Assembly: GCA_963921275.4 (NCBI GenBank)
Contig: OZ001293.3
Coordinates: 1,152,001 to 1,216,000 of the forward strand
Source: an uncultured Hormoscilla sp.
GTDB taxonomy: Bacteria; Cyanobacteriota; Cyanobacteriia; Cyanobacteriales; Desertifilaceae
Direction: 5' to 3'
Length of the DNA: 64,000 nt
The translations under genes and the position numbers were made by a program. Positions 1-11,493 of the stretch are shown here, piece after piece. The notes beneath the pieces were generated by a model. It did not search any database. It was not told where the DNA came from and was given only the letters and a program-made list of their open reading frames with translations. Position 1 is the first letter of the stretch. Each line of letters opens with the position of its first letter.

Positions 1-144
1 CCGTGGGGAGGGTGCTGTCACTCCTGCACCTGGAGGGGCGGGCTTTCACCACCATCACCTGTAAGTTCTCGGGACTTACGAAATCCCGGTAGCGGTCCCC
101 CTCCTTGACTTGTGTCAAGTTAGTTTACGCTAAACGAATCGCAC
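1..144 (-). mobile_element. 5' end of a group II intron (continues off the left edge)
   Basis: Minus strand starts GTGCGATTCGTTTAG at 144. Bases ~10-65 closely resemble domain I of the RT intron at ~3205-3260 (ctcctgcacctggag...tttcaccaccatca..tgtaag). Confidence 0.8.
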
Positions 145-864
145 ATAAACCCTAGCCTAAAGGGTGACTAGGAAAGAAGTCCATGGTTAGAACAAGGGAA
201 TCCCTGTAAGCGTCGTAAACATTAACAAGCGAAAAAGGCGCTCCACCCTTGGTGCAAAATGCGCAAGCAGTCCGCGTATCAGTATTATTCTTTTACTGAT
301 ATCGTACCCTCAATAACTGTCGGCGTATAGGGGAGACCTAAAGGCTTCGCGAAATGATACCTGCCAACGAAGTAACCCCCGTGATTCTATCCGCAAGGAT
401 AAGTCAGATGTGAAGCGCATGGTCACGTGGGGAGGGATGTCCTAAAAAGCTAATGCCCGGAGTAATGCCTGGGATATGCCCACGTCGGACGGTGATAGTA
501 GGATGTTCTGGGAGAAAGTAGCTCTCTAAAAGTGCTGTACCGGTGTATCGACCCACCAGGTAGTAATGTGGACTAAAATCCTATCCAGGTAAAAAACAGG
601 GGGTACGGGCACCTGTTAGTAAAGAGCGGTTCTGGTGGTTTACCAGTTTATCCCCCGCTCACCTTCCGGAGGTAGGTAGTCAAATAGTCCCTCAGACCAC
701 CATAAAGGAGCCAAATTTCATGGGGCAAGGGACAACGGGAGTAATCCCTAGTAATTCTGTCAGTGACAGTGACCTACTACCCACAAGTAGCCTGGTGCGG
801 TGAAAGTCGCTCTTCAGGTTCGGAATGGTCGGGTCGGGGGGTGACCCCTGGATCGACCCCGATC
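145..864 (+). ncRNA. ORF-less group II intron, 3' part (interrupted by the intron at 1-144)
   Basis: Domain V-like GTAGCCTGGTGCGGTGAAAGTCGCTCTTCAGGTTC (~787-820) and domain VI ending CGACCCCGATC. Shares AACGAAGTAACCC and GGGACAACGGGAGTAATCCC with the introns at 18.5, 28.6 and 36.8 kb. Confidence 0.8.
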
Positions 865-961
865 AGCCCTTGCCCGTCCTTCCCTCCTTGTCCTTTAGCC
901 TTATTTTTTTCAGCCAGCGATAGTTAGGGACGATCGCTTCTCAAAAGCTATCCTATAGGAA

Positions 962-3347
962 ATTAAACTAAGCCAAGGAGTCACATCCTCGACTCGTCTT
1001 CAAAACCGGACGATCTGCTTTTCACCTCATCCGGCTCCTCAGTAATGCCACCCTTGTCATGGGTACGGCTATTACTACCATCATTGGCAGTCTTTATGTC
1101 GTGGCAATGTTTGTGCAACAGTTGCAAGTTGTCCCATTGGTCCTTGCCACCTAATGAGAGTGGTTTGATGTGGTCTATTTCCCACCTGTCGCTATCCTTG
1201 AATGTTAGTCCGCACTGTTGACATTTCCCTTTTTGCCTTTTGAGTAGTTTGGCTACTCGGTTATTCAACTCTGGGTTTTTGCCTAATCTTGTGCTCTAAT
1301 ATGTAAGGTTCCCGTCGTATGGGCTTGCTGTTCCTTTCACCTTTACATGTCTTACTATCTCTACACTCGCGTGTCGATATAGTTCTGTATCATCTTCCTG
1401 AAATCGCCATTGTGCATCTTGGCCAATTGACCAATACTTCCTGGTTATCCATCCTTTTGACTTGTTAGGGTGTCTTCTTTTTGCCCAATTCCACAGGATT
1501 TCCCATAGGTGCTTGTCCATTTCTGAGTAAGTCTCTTTGCTTACCACTGCTCTGAAGTAGTTCGCCCATCCCCGTATTACCGGGTTAAGTTTACTTATCA
1601 AAGCTGCTTGCGGAACCGCTTTATGATTCCTTAATATCTCCGCTAACCTTTCTTTATGCTTACCTATGGATTTATTACTGGGTTTGATGATGGTTTTGAA
1701 TCCTAGTACTTTACCATGTGCGTTTCTACCACTTCTGTATTTGCTTACCTCATATTGCCTTACATTGAAGCCCAGGAAGTCAAATCCTGCCTCTTTTCCG
1801 TTTAGCGTATGGGTTAGCCTTGTCTTTTCTGGTTTGAGTTCTAGTCCAATTCCCTTTAGCCATTTAGCTATGACATTCTGCGCATCTTCTATCATTTTTC
1901 GGTCATCGTGCAAGACTATAAAGTCATCGGCATATCTGTCAACTTCTGACTTTTGCTTTTCCTTTTGTGTCTTTGCTAATTCCATTACTTTATCCTCTAA
2001 CCCCTGTAGGGCTATATTTGCGAGTAATGGTGATATGACTCCTCCTTGTGGAGTTCCCTCCTCTGTCGGATACCATACCTTTTTATCTATCACCCCGGCT
2101 TTTAACCTTGCCCGTATCTGTTTACGGATTGGTGATGTCGTATTTAGTTTTTCCATGAGCGCTTTATGGTCAATTTTATCGAAGCATTTAGCTATGTCAG
2201 CATCTAGTACCCACTTGGGCTTGTGTTTGATACTGACAAATATGGCTCCGATTGCGTCGTGGCATCCTCTCCCTGGCCTGAATCCATAGGAGTTACCTTC
2301 AAAATACGCCTCCCATTCAGGATAAGTGCGCTATCTTCAGTAACCCCGGCGTTGCACGGTCGTACATCGTCGGTATTCCCAATGGACGCTTGGAGTCTCT
2401 CCCTGGTTTGGGTATCCACACTCGTCGCGTGGGTTTTGCCTTGTTTGAGATTTCTATCTGTCCTACCAGTTCTTGGCGCTGCTTTGGGGTCAGTGATTTC
2501 ACACCATCCACACCGGCAGTTTTCTTTCCCTGGTTATCTTGTGTTACCTGTCGTACCGTTAATTTCTTAGCAGCCTGGGAGCTTACCAGTAACCTCTGGA
2601 GCCTGCGAACCATCCGCTTATCGCCACGTTGTGCCGCTCTGTAAATCCGTTTTTGTAACTTAAAGACTACCCGCTCCAGCTTATGCCAGGGGATGTTCTT
2701 CCATTCATCCATCGGCTTGGTGCCGTGTCTATGACATTTCATTACTACTCACCGCTTTACTTTTGACATTACCGTGAGGGCGTCAGCGTATCCCACTCAT
2801 TACAAGTAGGCGTTTGCTTCTCCGCGAAATCTTTCCCAGGTATGACCTGCCTGATGGAAGCATATGTTGCGCCTTTGGTGGCTGCTCTACCTATCGACCG
2901 GTGGTAGAGAGTGCATACCTGGTTTACTTCGTTCCTACAGACGATTGTTCGTAGTTTTAGATGGATTCCTTGCGCCGGGTTTATTGTCAGTGCTTATTGG
3001 TCGGCACATCATCCGCCAATGACCTATATCCTTTCCCTTTTGGGCCAGTGTGTCAGCCTTATTACACTGGTTTACAGTGACGACGCTGCAATTCTTTGCT
3101 TTATGCTCATCATGACTACTTGCTCGACGTTGACCGGTGTAGGCTACCAGTTAGTGCGCCTTTCATTCCCGCTTTACGGATTGATGCCATCGCTACCGTC
3201 GGGAAAGTGCTGTTACTCCTGCACCTGGAGAGGTGGACTTTCACCACCATCATCTGTAAGTTGTCAGGGCTAATGGAACCCTGCCAGTGGTCCCCCGCCG
3301 GTGCTCCTTTATTGGTTCACCGGTGGTTTACACTGAACGAATCGCAC
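962..3347 (-). mobile_element. Group II intron, chloroplast-like type, RT-X-HNH
   Basis: 5' GTGCGATTCG at 3347; DV AGCCGGATGAGGTGAAA...TCCGGTTT; DVI ends TTTAAT at 962; contains an IEP ORF. Confidence 0.9.
981..2742 (-). pseudogene. ltrA: Intron-encoded reverse transcriptase/maturase/HNH endonuclease, disrupted
   Basis: RT-N (LQKRIY..TAGVDG), RPLGIPT, GTPQGGVISPLLANI, YADD, X domain (NPVIRGWANYF) and HNH (EIDHIKP..NLQLLHKHCH). Frameshift near 2330; in-frame TAG at 1296-1298 where Trp is expected. Confidence 0.9.
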
Positions 3348-3368
3348 GAAAGGTATTGTACTGTGCTT

Positions 3369-3543
3369 TCGATATCTCTGGGTCGAGGTATCTCCTGGTC
3401 GCTCGATGTTCCCCGAGGGCGCTAGGGGCACAAAGGGGGGAACATCGTACTCGCACAAAAGAGGAGATACCTCGCGCTACATGCGCTGCGCGCACCAGGC
3501 TGCAAACTCCGCCGAAGTGATCGCACTACCCCAGAGATATCGA
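3369..3543. repeat. Three nested small hairpin elements
   Basis: Nested inverted pairs TCGATATCTCTGGG/CCCAGAGATATCGA, CGAGGTATCTCCT/AGGAGATACCTCG and CGATGTTCCCC/GGGGAACATCG. Confidence 0.7.
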
Positions 3544-3576
3544 CGTGACACTGGCAGCGGTCCCCTGCTGGCTAAA

Positions 3577-4905
3577 TTACAAGAAAACAAAGGTTCCGGC
3601 TTCTGCTGCGAGTTCAGTTGCCTGAATATTCAGGAAAATTCCTAGGTCACTCCCGGCAAAGCTAATCACAGCATCACTTCCCAATTGCCTAAAGCTAAGG
3701 TCATCAATGGATGATATACCGATACGACTGATGCCAATTACATCAATACCCAGTTCAAAGTCAGTAATGGTGTTAGCCATTGAAGGTACTTCGCCATTAG
3801 CGATCCAGAAAGCGTCAGCAGCAGCGCCACCGCTGATAATATTGTCGCCACCACTGCCCACAAAAAACTTGTCCTCTCCTCGACCACCAAACAGACGATC
3901 GCTGCTACCTGGGAAGAAGATGTCGTCCCCCCGACCACCAAACAGCAGGTTATTGCCGTCGCCGTTCGAGCTATCCAGAAGGTCATCTCCCGGGCCGGCG
4001 AACAAGCTATCATTAGTATCAGCAAAAAGTCGATCGTCCCCTGTACCGCCAAACAGAAGGTTATTGCCATCGCCGTCCCCAGCGTCGAGGCGATCGTCTC
4101 CGGGACCAGCGAACAAGCGATCGCCCCTACCAGGGATTAGTTCATCATTGCCTGTACCGCCAAAGAGAAGGTTATTGCCGCCGCCGTTCGATGCATCCAG
4201 AATATCATCTCCTGCGCCACCTTCCAAAAGTTCATTTGTATCAGCAAACAATGGGTCATTATCATTATCCGTGATGTTGGGATTAACGATACTCAGACTA
4301 TTGATGCCGATCGCCCGCTCTGGTTCGGTACTACTAATAACTAGCTGCTTAATGTTAGGACTGTCGCTTCTGACACCTAGGAATATGGCTGAATTATCCA
4401 ATTCCAAAGAGGAAGTTCCAGATACTGAAAAACTTCTCAACAGCATATTATTGTCGTCAAAAGCAGAAATTAATCCTGTGAATTCAAAAGTATCATCTAC
4501 GGCTAGTTGAGCGCCTGCGCCCAACACGGGGGTATCGAAGGTAATAGTTATCGGTCCTGGGTTGCCTGGGGCAGGAGGCGGACCTGCCATGAAGCCCGTA
4601 AACAGAATATAATCTCCCGTGGCATAGTTAGTCTCTATGCCTGGTGCTGGCAGAGTGCGAAACACCAATGGCGGCGTAATGCCCGGTTCAGCAGGGGGGA
4701 TATCTACCAAAAGTTGGAGACCTGCTGGGGAGGTGGTTGAGAAGGAATTGCCTAAAGTATTGACGGAGTTGACTGGATCGATCGGGTCGGACAAGGGACC
4801 CAAACTGGACCAATCAATTTGGTCATTGCCTGCTAAGGTCGCCCGATCGCGGACCAATGTGACTGCTGTTACCCCGGGCCTGCCCGATAGACGTAAATCG
4901 TTCAT
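3577..4905 (-). CDS. Calcium-binding RTX-repeat protein
   Basis: Repeated GGxGxD nonapeptides (LFGGTGNDEL, LFAGPGDDRL) and a C-terminal TITDFELGIDVIG motif. Confidence 0.8.
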   Translation of the reverse strand: MNDLRLSGRPGVTAVTLVRDRATLAGNDQIDWSSLGPLSDPIDPVNSVNTLGNSFSTTSPAGLQLLVDIPPAEPGITPPLVFRTLPAPGIETNYATGDYILFTGFMAGPPPAPGNPGPITITFDTPVLGAGAQLAVDDTFEFTGLISAFDDNNMLLRSFSVSGTSSLELDNSAIFLGVRSDSPNIKQLVISSTEPERAIGINSLSIVNPNITDNDNDPLFADTNELLEGGAGDDILDASNGGGNNLLFGGTGNDELIPGRGDRLFAGPGDDRLDAGDGDGNNLLFGGTGDDRLFADTNDSLFAGPGDDLLDSSNGDGNNLLFGGRGDDIFFPGSSDRLFGGRGEDKFFVGSGGDNIISGGAAADAFWIANGEVPSMANTITDFELGIDVIGISRIGISSIDDLSFRQLGSDAVISFAGSDLGIFLNIQATELAAEAGTFVFL

Positions 4906-5025
4906 GCTCAACTCCTGTAATGTTGACTAATAAAATTCAGTTCGGTGGGCAGGGGCCCCCTACAGTACCCCACGTTCCCACCCGCAGCGTGGGAACGGGT
5001 TCCGACCTGTTATAGTTCCGGCCTG

Positions 5026-6129
5026 TTAGAGTGTGGTAGCTGTACTTGGCGCAGTCCCCATTTTTTTCAGCCAGCGATAGTTAGCGACGATCGTTTCCCA
5101 AAAGGTATCGTAGACGTTGTATTTCACGCCATATTCCTCGCATACTTCTGCCAAAATAGGAGCAATCTTGGGATAATGTATATGACAGACATGGGGGAAC
5201 AAGTGATGAACTACCTGATAGTTTAGTCCCCCCAGATACCAGTTCAGTAGCCAATTATTAGGAGCAAAATCTACCGCTGTTTTTACTTGAAAAATTGCCC
5301 ATTCATCATCGATCGTGTTTGTTTCCACATCTGGTTGGATAAACTCTGCTGGTTCTAGCACGTGAGCCACCATAAACACCGTGCAAATCCACAATCCATA
5401 GGTCATGTAAGCGATCGTAAAACCAATGATTGCTTCTGTGGTACTATATCCTACTGCGATCGGGATGCCAACAAATAAGCCCAGCCAAATCAGCTTAAAT
5501 CCCAGCAATGCTATCATTTCTAATGGTTTTGGTTCAGGGATGGTATTGTCTTGGTATTTGCCCTTGAACAAAATCAAATCTACATCCGCCACCGACCAAT
5601 AGAACGGAATGAATGGATACACAAACCAAATAAATATATGTTGGAATTTGTGATACCATTTATGCTCCATACTGGGAGACATCCGCACTAACCCATTCCC
5701 ATGGATTTCCACATCATGACCCAAGATATTGGTATAGGTATGATGCAGAACGTTATGGCGAAATCGCCATAAATAACTTGACACTCCGATGAAGTCGTAA
5801 ATTGAACCAAGGATCCGATTTACACGATGGCTATTAGAATAACCACCGTGATTGGCATCATGTCCGATACTAAAGCCCACCCCAGCGATCGCGAATCCGA
5901 TGGTAACACAGCCCAGCACTTTCATCCAGTAAACTGATGGCCCAAAGACCGTAAATGTCCAGGCGGAAATCACCCAGCCTAAAATAATTACTGTTTTGAG
6001 ATACATCGCTGGGTTATCTCGCGGTTTCAGGTTGGACGATGCAAACATTGCTTCAACCCGTTGATTCAGTTCTTTCCTGAATCCCACGTTTTTGCCAAAC
6101 CTTACTCGCACTGGTATCACTGTTGTCAT
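5026..6129 (-). CDS. desD: Acyl-lipid delta-6 fatty acid desaturase
   Basis: His boxes HDANH, HNVLHH and QVVHHLFP; N-terminus GFRKELNQRV..RDNPAMYLKT resembles cyanobacterial DesD. Confidence 0.85.
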   Translation of the reverse strand: MTTVIPVRVRFGKNVGFRKELNQRVEAMFASSNLKPRDNPAMYLKTVIILGWVISAWTFTVFGPSVYWMKVLGCVTIGFAIAGVGFSIGHDANHGGYSNSHRVNRILGSIYDFIGVSSYLWRFRHNVLHHTYTNILGHDVEIHGNGLVRMSPSMEHKWYHKFQHIFIWFVYPFIPFYWSVADVDLILFKGKYQDNTIPEPKPLEMIALLGFKLIWLGLFVGIPIAVGYSTTEAIIGFTIAYMTYGLWICTVFMVAHVLEPAEFIQPDVETNTIDDEWAIFQVKTAVDFAPNNWLLNWYLGGLNYQVVHHLFPHVCHIHYPKIAPILAEVCEEYGVKYNVYDTFWETIVANYRWLKKMGTAPSTATTL

Positions 6130-6262
6130 CTAAACCTCCCTCTCGAAAATCCTTGCCTTGCCATTATACCCTGTTGAGGCAACCTCAACAATTTTCCTCA
6201 AAGACCGTCGCATTGCCCCTTAGTGGCCAAGACCGTAAAGTGGGCAGTGCCCACCCTATAAT

Positions 6263-7339
6263 TTAGTCACCCAGGCAAATACCCAAACCTCTAGCGGTTT
6301 TCACTAGAGTCCCGGAGGGGTTGACTTTCCGGTATTGAGCGATCGCCTCAGCAATGGGAACGCTAACCACTTGCCGATTTTGCCAAGTCACCATCCGATC
6401 GTACTTGTCTTCAGCGATCAAATCAACCGCTGCTACGCCAAAAGCTGAAGCAGTTAAGCGATCGAGAGGTGAAGGTATCCCCCCGCGCTGGGTATGTCCT
6501 AACACGATAACTCGGGTTTCGGCACCGCTACAGAGAGAAATTTTATCTGCCAAATATTGACCAATGCCACCTAAGCGACATTGACCTAACACGTTGGTAT
6601 TGGTAATGGGTTCGCCTTCTTGGGTACAAACTGCTTCTGAGACAATTACTAAACAGTAATTCTTGCCTTGGTCCTGACGTTGTGTAATTTTGCTACAGAT
6701 GCTTTCAATTGTGTAAGGAATTTCCGGAATCAGGATGGCGTCAGCACCCCCAGCAATTCCCGCACAGATGGCGATATGTCCGGCATCCCGTCCCATCACT
6801 TCCAGGATCATCACCCGATTATGACTAGCAGCTGTGAAATGCAGGCGGTCCAAGGCTTCGGTAGCAATATTGACAGCTGTGTCGAAACCGATGCAATGTT
6901 CGGTAATGCCGATGTCGTTATCGATGGTTTTGGGTATGCCTACCATGTTAATATTACCCTGCTGGGCCAGACGTAGGAGAATGGCCAGACTGCCATCGCC
7001 GCCAATGCCGATCAGGGCATCTAGCCCTAACTTGCGGTATCCGACGATAATTTCTGCCGATCGATCGATCGTCGTTCCATCTGGCATCGGGTATGCAAAG
7101 GGGTCGCCTTTATTGGTGGTTCCTAGCATTGTCCCCCCAATTGTCAACAAATTCTCCACATTGTGGATATCTAGGGCGATCGCCTGAGGGGGGTCTGCCA
7201 TCAAGCCGTTAGTGGCTTGACGAATTCCCACAACTGAGTAATCATAACCTGTAGCACGCAGTACAACGGCCCGAATGATGGCATTTAGGCCAGCACAGTC
7301 GCCGCCACTGGTGAGAATGCCAATATGTTTTTCTCCCAT
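6263..7339 (-). CDS. pfkA: 6-phosphofructokinase
   Basis: GILTSGGDCAGLN, IGGDGS, GIPKTIDND, EVMGRDAG, LGHTQRGG. Confidence 0.92.
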   Translation of the reverse strand: MGEKHIGILTSGGDCAGLNAIIRAVVLRATGYDYSVVGIRQATNGLMADPPQAIALDIHNVENLLTIGGTMLGTTNKGDPFAYPMPDGTTIDRSAEIIVGYRKLGLDALIGIGGDGSLAILLRLAQQGNINMVGIPKTIDNDIGITEHCIGFDTAVNIATEALDRLHFTAASHNRVMILEVMGRDAGHIAICAGIAGGADAILIPEIPYTIESICSKITQRQDQGKNYCLVIVSEAVCTQEGEPITNTNVLGQCRLGGIGQYLADKISLCSGAETRVIVLGHTQRGGIPSPLDRLTASAFGVAAVDLIAEDKYDRMVTWQNRQVVSVPIAEAIAQYRKVNPSGTLVKTARGLGICLGD

Positions 7340-7427
7340 AGTATGTCTCGCGAGCAAAGTCCAGAAGTAAATTACACTTAATTCAGGACTTGTCTAGAGT
7401 TATTACATTTTCATTTAATCTTCTCGG

Positions 7428-8369
7428 ATGCAAGATAGTTCTCAGTTAGTCGGCCCGGTGATTCCGGTAGCACCGGAGGGGTTCCGATCGGGCTTTATCG
7501 GCATTATTGGACGCCCGAATGTGGGCAAGTCTACGATCGTGAATCAGCTGGTGGGGCAAAAAATTGCCATCACTTCGCCAGTGGCACAGACGACGCGCAA
7601 CCGCTTGCGGGGCATCTTGACTACACCGGTAGCCCAGCTGATTTTTGTGGATACCCCAGGGATCCACAAACCCCATCATCAGTTGGGGAAGGTGCTGGTG
7701 CAAAATGCCAAAATGGCCATTAAATCAGTGGATATGCTGCTGTTTGTAGTAGATGCTTCGGTTCCGGCAGGTGGAGGCGATCGCTACATAGTGGATCTGC
7801 TAGCCCATACCCAGATACCCGTTATTTTAGGATTAAACAAATCCGATCTGCAACCTGTAGATTCGACTCAGTTGGATGCCAGTTACGCGCAGCTGAAATT
7901 AGCACGGAATTGGGAAATAGTCAAGTTTTCTGCAATAACTGGCTCGGGATTAGAACAGCTGCAAAGGTTATTAATTGAGCAGCTAGAACCCGGACCCTAC
8001 TATTATCCTCCCGATTTGGTCACGGATCAACCGGAACGTTTTATTATGGGAGAATTGATTCGAGAGCAAATTTTGCTCCTGACTCGGGAGGAAGTCCCCC
8101 ACTCGGTAGCTATTGAGATTTCAAGGGTAGAGGAAGCACCCAACATTACCCGGGTTTTTGCCGCCATTCACGTGGAACGGAATTCTCAAAAAGGGATTTT
8201 GATTGGCAAAAAGGGCACGATGCTGAAGGCGATCGGGACGGCGGCGCGGGAGCAAATACAGAAATTAATTGCGGATCAGGTATATCTAGAGTTATTTGTT
8301 AAAGTGCAACCCAAATGGCGATCCTGTCGCCTGCGCTTGGCCGAGTTGGGCTATAGAGTGGAGAATTGA
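7428..8369 (+). CDS. era: GTPase Era
   Basis: GRPNVGKST, QTTR, DTPG, NKSD and KH domain (EEVPHS..SQKGILIGKKG). Confidence 0.95.
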   Translation: MQDSSQLVGPVIPVAPEGFRSGFIGIIGRPNVGKSTIVNQLVGQKIAITSPVAQTTRNRLRGILTTPVAQLIFVDTPGIHKPHHQLGKVLVQNAKMAIKSVDMLLFVVDASVPAGGGDRYIVDLLAHTQIPVILGLNKSDLQPVDSTQLDASYAQLKLARNWEIVKFSAITGSGLEQLQRLLIEQLEPGPYYYPPDLVTDQPERFIMGELIREQILLLTREEVPHSVAIEISRVEEAPNITRVFAAIHVERNSQKGILIGKKGTMLKAIGTAAREQIQKLIADQVYLELFVKVQPKWRSCRLRLAELGYRVEN

Positions 8370-8462
8370 AGATAGCGGAGAAATAGGTTAAGCTATAAAA
8401 TAGATAGCTGTACAGATAGTTGTGGAGACGATTGCGCTGCGCGCACGCTACGCGATCGGGGA

Positions 8463-9552
8463 ATGACCGAACTGCTTAGCCCTTTTGACTTGCGAGGTTT
8501 ACCCTCAAAAACAGAGTAGTAATGGCTCCCATGACTCGGGACCGCGCGGGAGTCGATCGCATGCCCAACGCCTTGATGGCCGAGTATTACGCTCAACGAT
8601 CTGGCGCAGGTTTGATTATTACTGAGGCGACGGTGATTTCCCGCAAGCAAATGGATGGCAAAATACGCCGGGTATTTACTCGGAGGAACAAGGGGAAGCC
8701 TGGAAGCAGGTTGTAGATGCAGTTCATGCCCAAGGAACGCCCATTTTCTTGCAACTTTGGCATTGTGGGCGAGCTTCTCACAGTAGTTTTCATCGAAATG
8801 GCGAACTACCAGTTGCTCCTTCGGCAATTAAGCTGAATGGAGAATACATTCATACGCCCATTGGTAAGCAACCCTTTGAAACACCTCGTGCTTTAGAAAC
8901 GGCAGAGATTGGGCAGATTGTGGAGGATTATCGTCAGGCGGCCGAAATGGCTGGTTTTGATGGGGTAGAGATTCACGCGGCCAATGGCTATTTGATTGAC
9001 CAGTTTCTACAGTCGAAAACTAACCACCGGACGGATAAATATGGTGGCAGCATTGAAAACAGATACCGTTTTCTGAAAGAAGTTGTGGAAGCGGTCCTCA
9101 CAGTATGGCCTGCTAATCGGGTAGGGGTTCGGCTTGCTCCCAACGGGAATTATAATGACATGGGTTCGCCAGACTTTCGGGAAACTTTTATATACGTAGC
9201 CAAGCAATTGAACGCTTACTCCTTGGCTTACCTCCACGCGGTCGATGGTCTGGCGTTTGGCTTTCACGAATTGGGAGAACCGATGAGTTTGGCGGAATTT
9301 CGATCGGTGTGGGCAGGTCCGCTTATGGGAAACTGCGGATACGAGCAGTCAACTGCTGAAACGGCCATTCAAGAGGGAAATGCTGACTTAATTGCTTTTG
9401 GACGCCCATTTATTAGTAATCCGGATTTGGTCGAGCGTTTTGCCAATGGCTGGCCCCTGAATCCACCAGCAGATATGAAGATTTGGTTTTCCTTTGAGAA
9501 AGAAGGCTATACGGATTTTCCCACTTACGAAGAATCTCAATCAGCAGTATAA
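8463..9552 (+). pseudogene. Old yellow enzyme / alkene reductase, two frameshifts
   Basis: MAPMTR, LIITEAT, QLWHCGR, EIHAANGYLIDQFL and FGRPFISNPDL lie in different frames; shifts near 8505 and 8642. Confidence 0.85.
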
Positions 9553-9919
9553 TTGGGAAAGCAGAATGATCGATCTGATTCGTAGGGCGGGCGGATCGCC
9601 TGCCCGGGTTCTGCGTAGGGCGGGCGGATCGCCTGCCCGTAAGTTGTCAGCCCCGTCCCCGTCCATAGGTATTCTGTATTGAAGGAAAAATACTGAGAAA
9701 CTGCTCTGGACAGGCTCCCGATCCGATCGCCTAGGGAGTAGGTCAAGAAACTGCGTCGGGCAAGGCAATTGAGGAGTTGGTATAGTTATGCTAGCAAAAC
9801 TGCGTCCGCGCTGGGTATCGAGACAGTATGCCAACGACCATTAGCATACTCGATTTGAAACTTCTGGGTAAAGACTAAAGTCTTTACTACGAACAGGACG
9901 TTAAACAGAGAGGATTGAA

Positions 9920-11425
9920 GTGATGCAAATTCCCATGACTGATAAAAAAATTAAATCGCCAGCTCCCTGGATACTGGGGCTAGTTGCAGCTAGCTTGGTG
10001 GGAACCACAGGTGTCGCGTATGTGATAACGCAAACAGCTATACCCAGCGCTACGGAAGTCATGGAACTGACTGTGCCCGTAGAAAGTAAAAACATGACGG
10101 TGCGCATTACTGCTAGTGGCGTGGTTCAACCTGTCAAACGAGTTAATCTCAGTCCCAAGGTCTCCGGACGTTTAGCTGAATTATATGTCGAACAGGGCGA
10201 TCGGGTGGAGGCAGGACAAGTAATTGCCAGCATGGAAAGTCGAGAAATTGATGCTCAGTTGATGCAAGCGAAGGCCCGTCTGGCCCGCGCCCAAGCCGAA
10301 AGAGATAAGTTGATCGCGGGAAGTCGCCCAGAAGATATCGCCGCAGCGCAAGCGCGGGTAGACCGCGCTCGGGCAATTTTAGCCGAACTGCGGGCTGGTA
10401 GTCGTAGGGAAGACATTGCCGAGGCCCGAGCTACTGTTGCTAGATCCGAGGCCCTGGTAACAGAGGCGCGATCGCGATTAGAGTTAGCTTCCCAGAGAGT
10501 CAGGCGCAACCAGTATCTGGCCGATGAGGGAGCAATTTCCCGGGATGATTTGGATCTGATCGTAGATGAAGAGCGTCGGGCCAAAGCGACGTTTCAACAA
10601 ATGCAAGCAGGGGTTGCGGAAGCGAAACGACGCCTAGAAAGGCTGGAAAATGGCAATCGTCCAGAAGATATTGCCGAAGCGGAAGCTTCTTTAGCAGAAG
10701 CACAAAGTCAATTAGCTGAATTGGTGAATGGTTCTCGTCCGGAGGACATCGCTAAGGCCGAAGCAGATGTGGCCGAAGCTGAGGCAAATGTCCGTTACTA
10801 TCAAGTGCAATTGGAAGATACGCAAGTGCACGCTCCTTTCTCTGGTTTAATCGTGCAGAAATATGCCGATCCGGGAGCTTTCGTGACCCCAGCAACTTCG
10901 GCGTCCGATGCCAGTTCAGCTACTTCTACTTCTGTTGTCGCCTTGGCAAAGGGTTTGGAAGTTTTAGCGAAAGTGCCAGAGGCAGATATCAGTCAAATTC
11001 AACCCAATCAGACAGTGGAAATTGTCGCCGATGCCTATCCAGACCAGGTTTTTCAAGGTCAGGTGAAGTTGATCGCCCCCGAAGCAATTAAGGAACGGGA
11101 CGTGACTTTATTTCAGGTGCGGGTGGCGATCGCGACGGGTGCAGATAAGCTACAATCGGGAATGAATGCGGATCTGAACTTTCTGGGGGACGAGTTGCAG
11201 GATGCTTTAGTTGTGCCGACTGTAGCGATTATCACGAACAAAGGGGAGACGGGGGTTTTGATTCCCAATCGGAGAAATAAACCTACTTTCCAACCGGTGA
11301 CGATCAGCTCTACCTTTGGCAATCAAATTCAGATTCTCGATGGCATAGAAGAGGGCGATCGGGTATTTGTGAAACTCCCGGAAGGACAAAAATTAGAAGA
11401 TATCATCAAAAAGGAAATTAAATAA
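9920..11425 (+). CDS. Membrane fusion protein of an ABC exporter (HlyD/DevB-like)
   Basis: N-terminal TM segment, lipoyl-like motif (VEQGDRVEAGQ), coiled coil with GSRPEDIA repeats, APFSG. Confidence 0.9.
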   Translation: MMQIPMTDKKIKSPAPWILGLVAASLVGTTGVAYVITQTAIPSATEVMELTVPVESKNMTVRITASGVVQPVKRVNLSPKVSGRLAELYVEQGDRVEAGQVIASMESREIDAQLMQAKARLARAQAERDKLIAGSRPEDIAAAQARVDRARAILAELRAGSRREDIAEARATVARSEALVTEARSRLELASQRVRRNQYLADEGAISRDDLDLIVDEERRAKATFQQMQAGVAEAKRRLERLENGNRPEDIAEAEASLAEAQSQLAELVNGSRPEDIAKAEADVAEAEANVRYYQVQLEDTQVHAPFSGLIVQKYADPGAFVTPATSASDASSATSTSVVALAKGLEVLAKVPEADISQIQPNQTVEIVADAYPDQVFQGQVKLIAPEAIKERDVTLFQVRVAIATGADKLQSGMNADLNFLGDELQDALVVPTVAIITNKGETGVLIPNRRNKPTFQPVTISSTFGNQIQILDGIEEGDRVFVKLPEGQKLEDIIKKEIK

Positions 11426-11493
11426 GACAGTTTCGTAGGGCGGGCGTCTCACCTGCCCGGGTTAGACTCATAACAATTTAAAATTCACAAATT

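Noticed and set aside
3005..3360. EBS1-IBS1 match for the RT intron
   Set aside because: The candidate loop pairs only about 4/6 with the exon end CCTTTC, so no claim is made.
3707..4510. Long antisense ORFs (also 1666-2289, 39344-39889, 52980-53594, 55980-56516)
   Set aside because: They are shadows of well-supported genes on the opposite strand.
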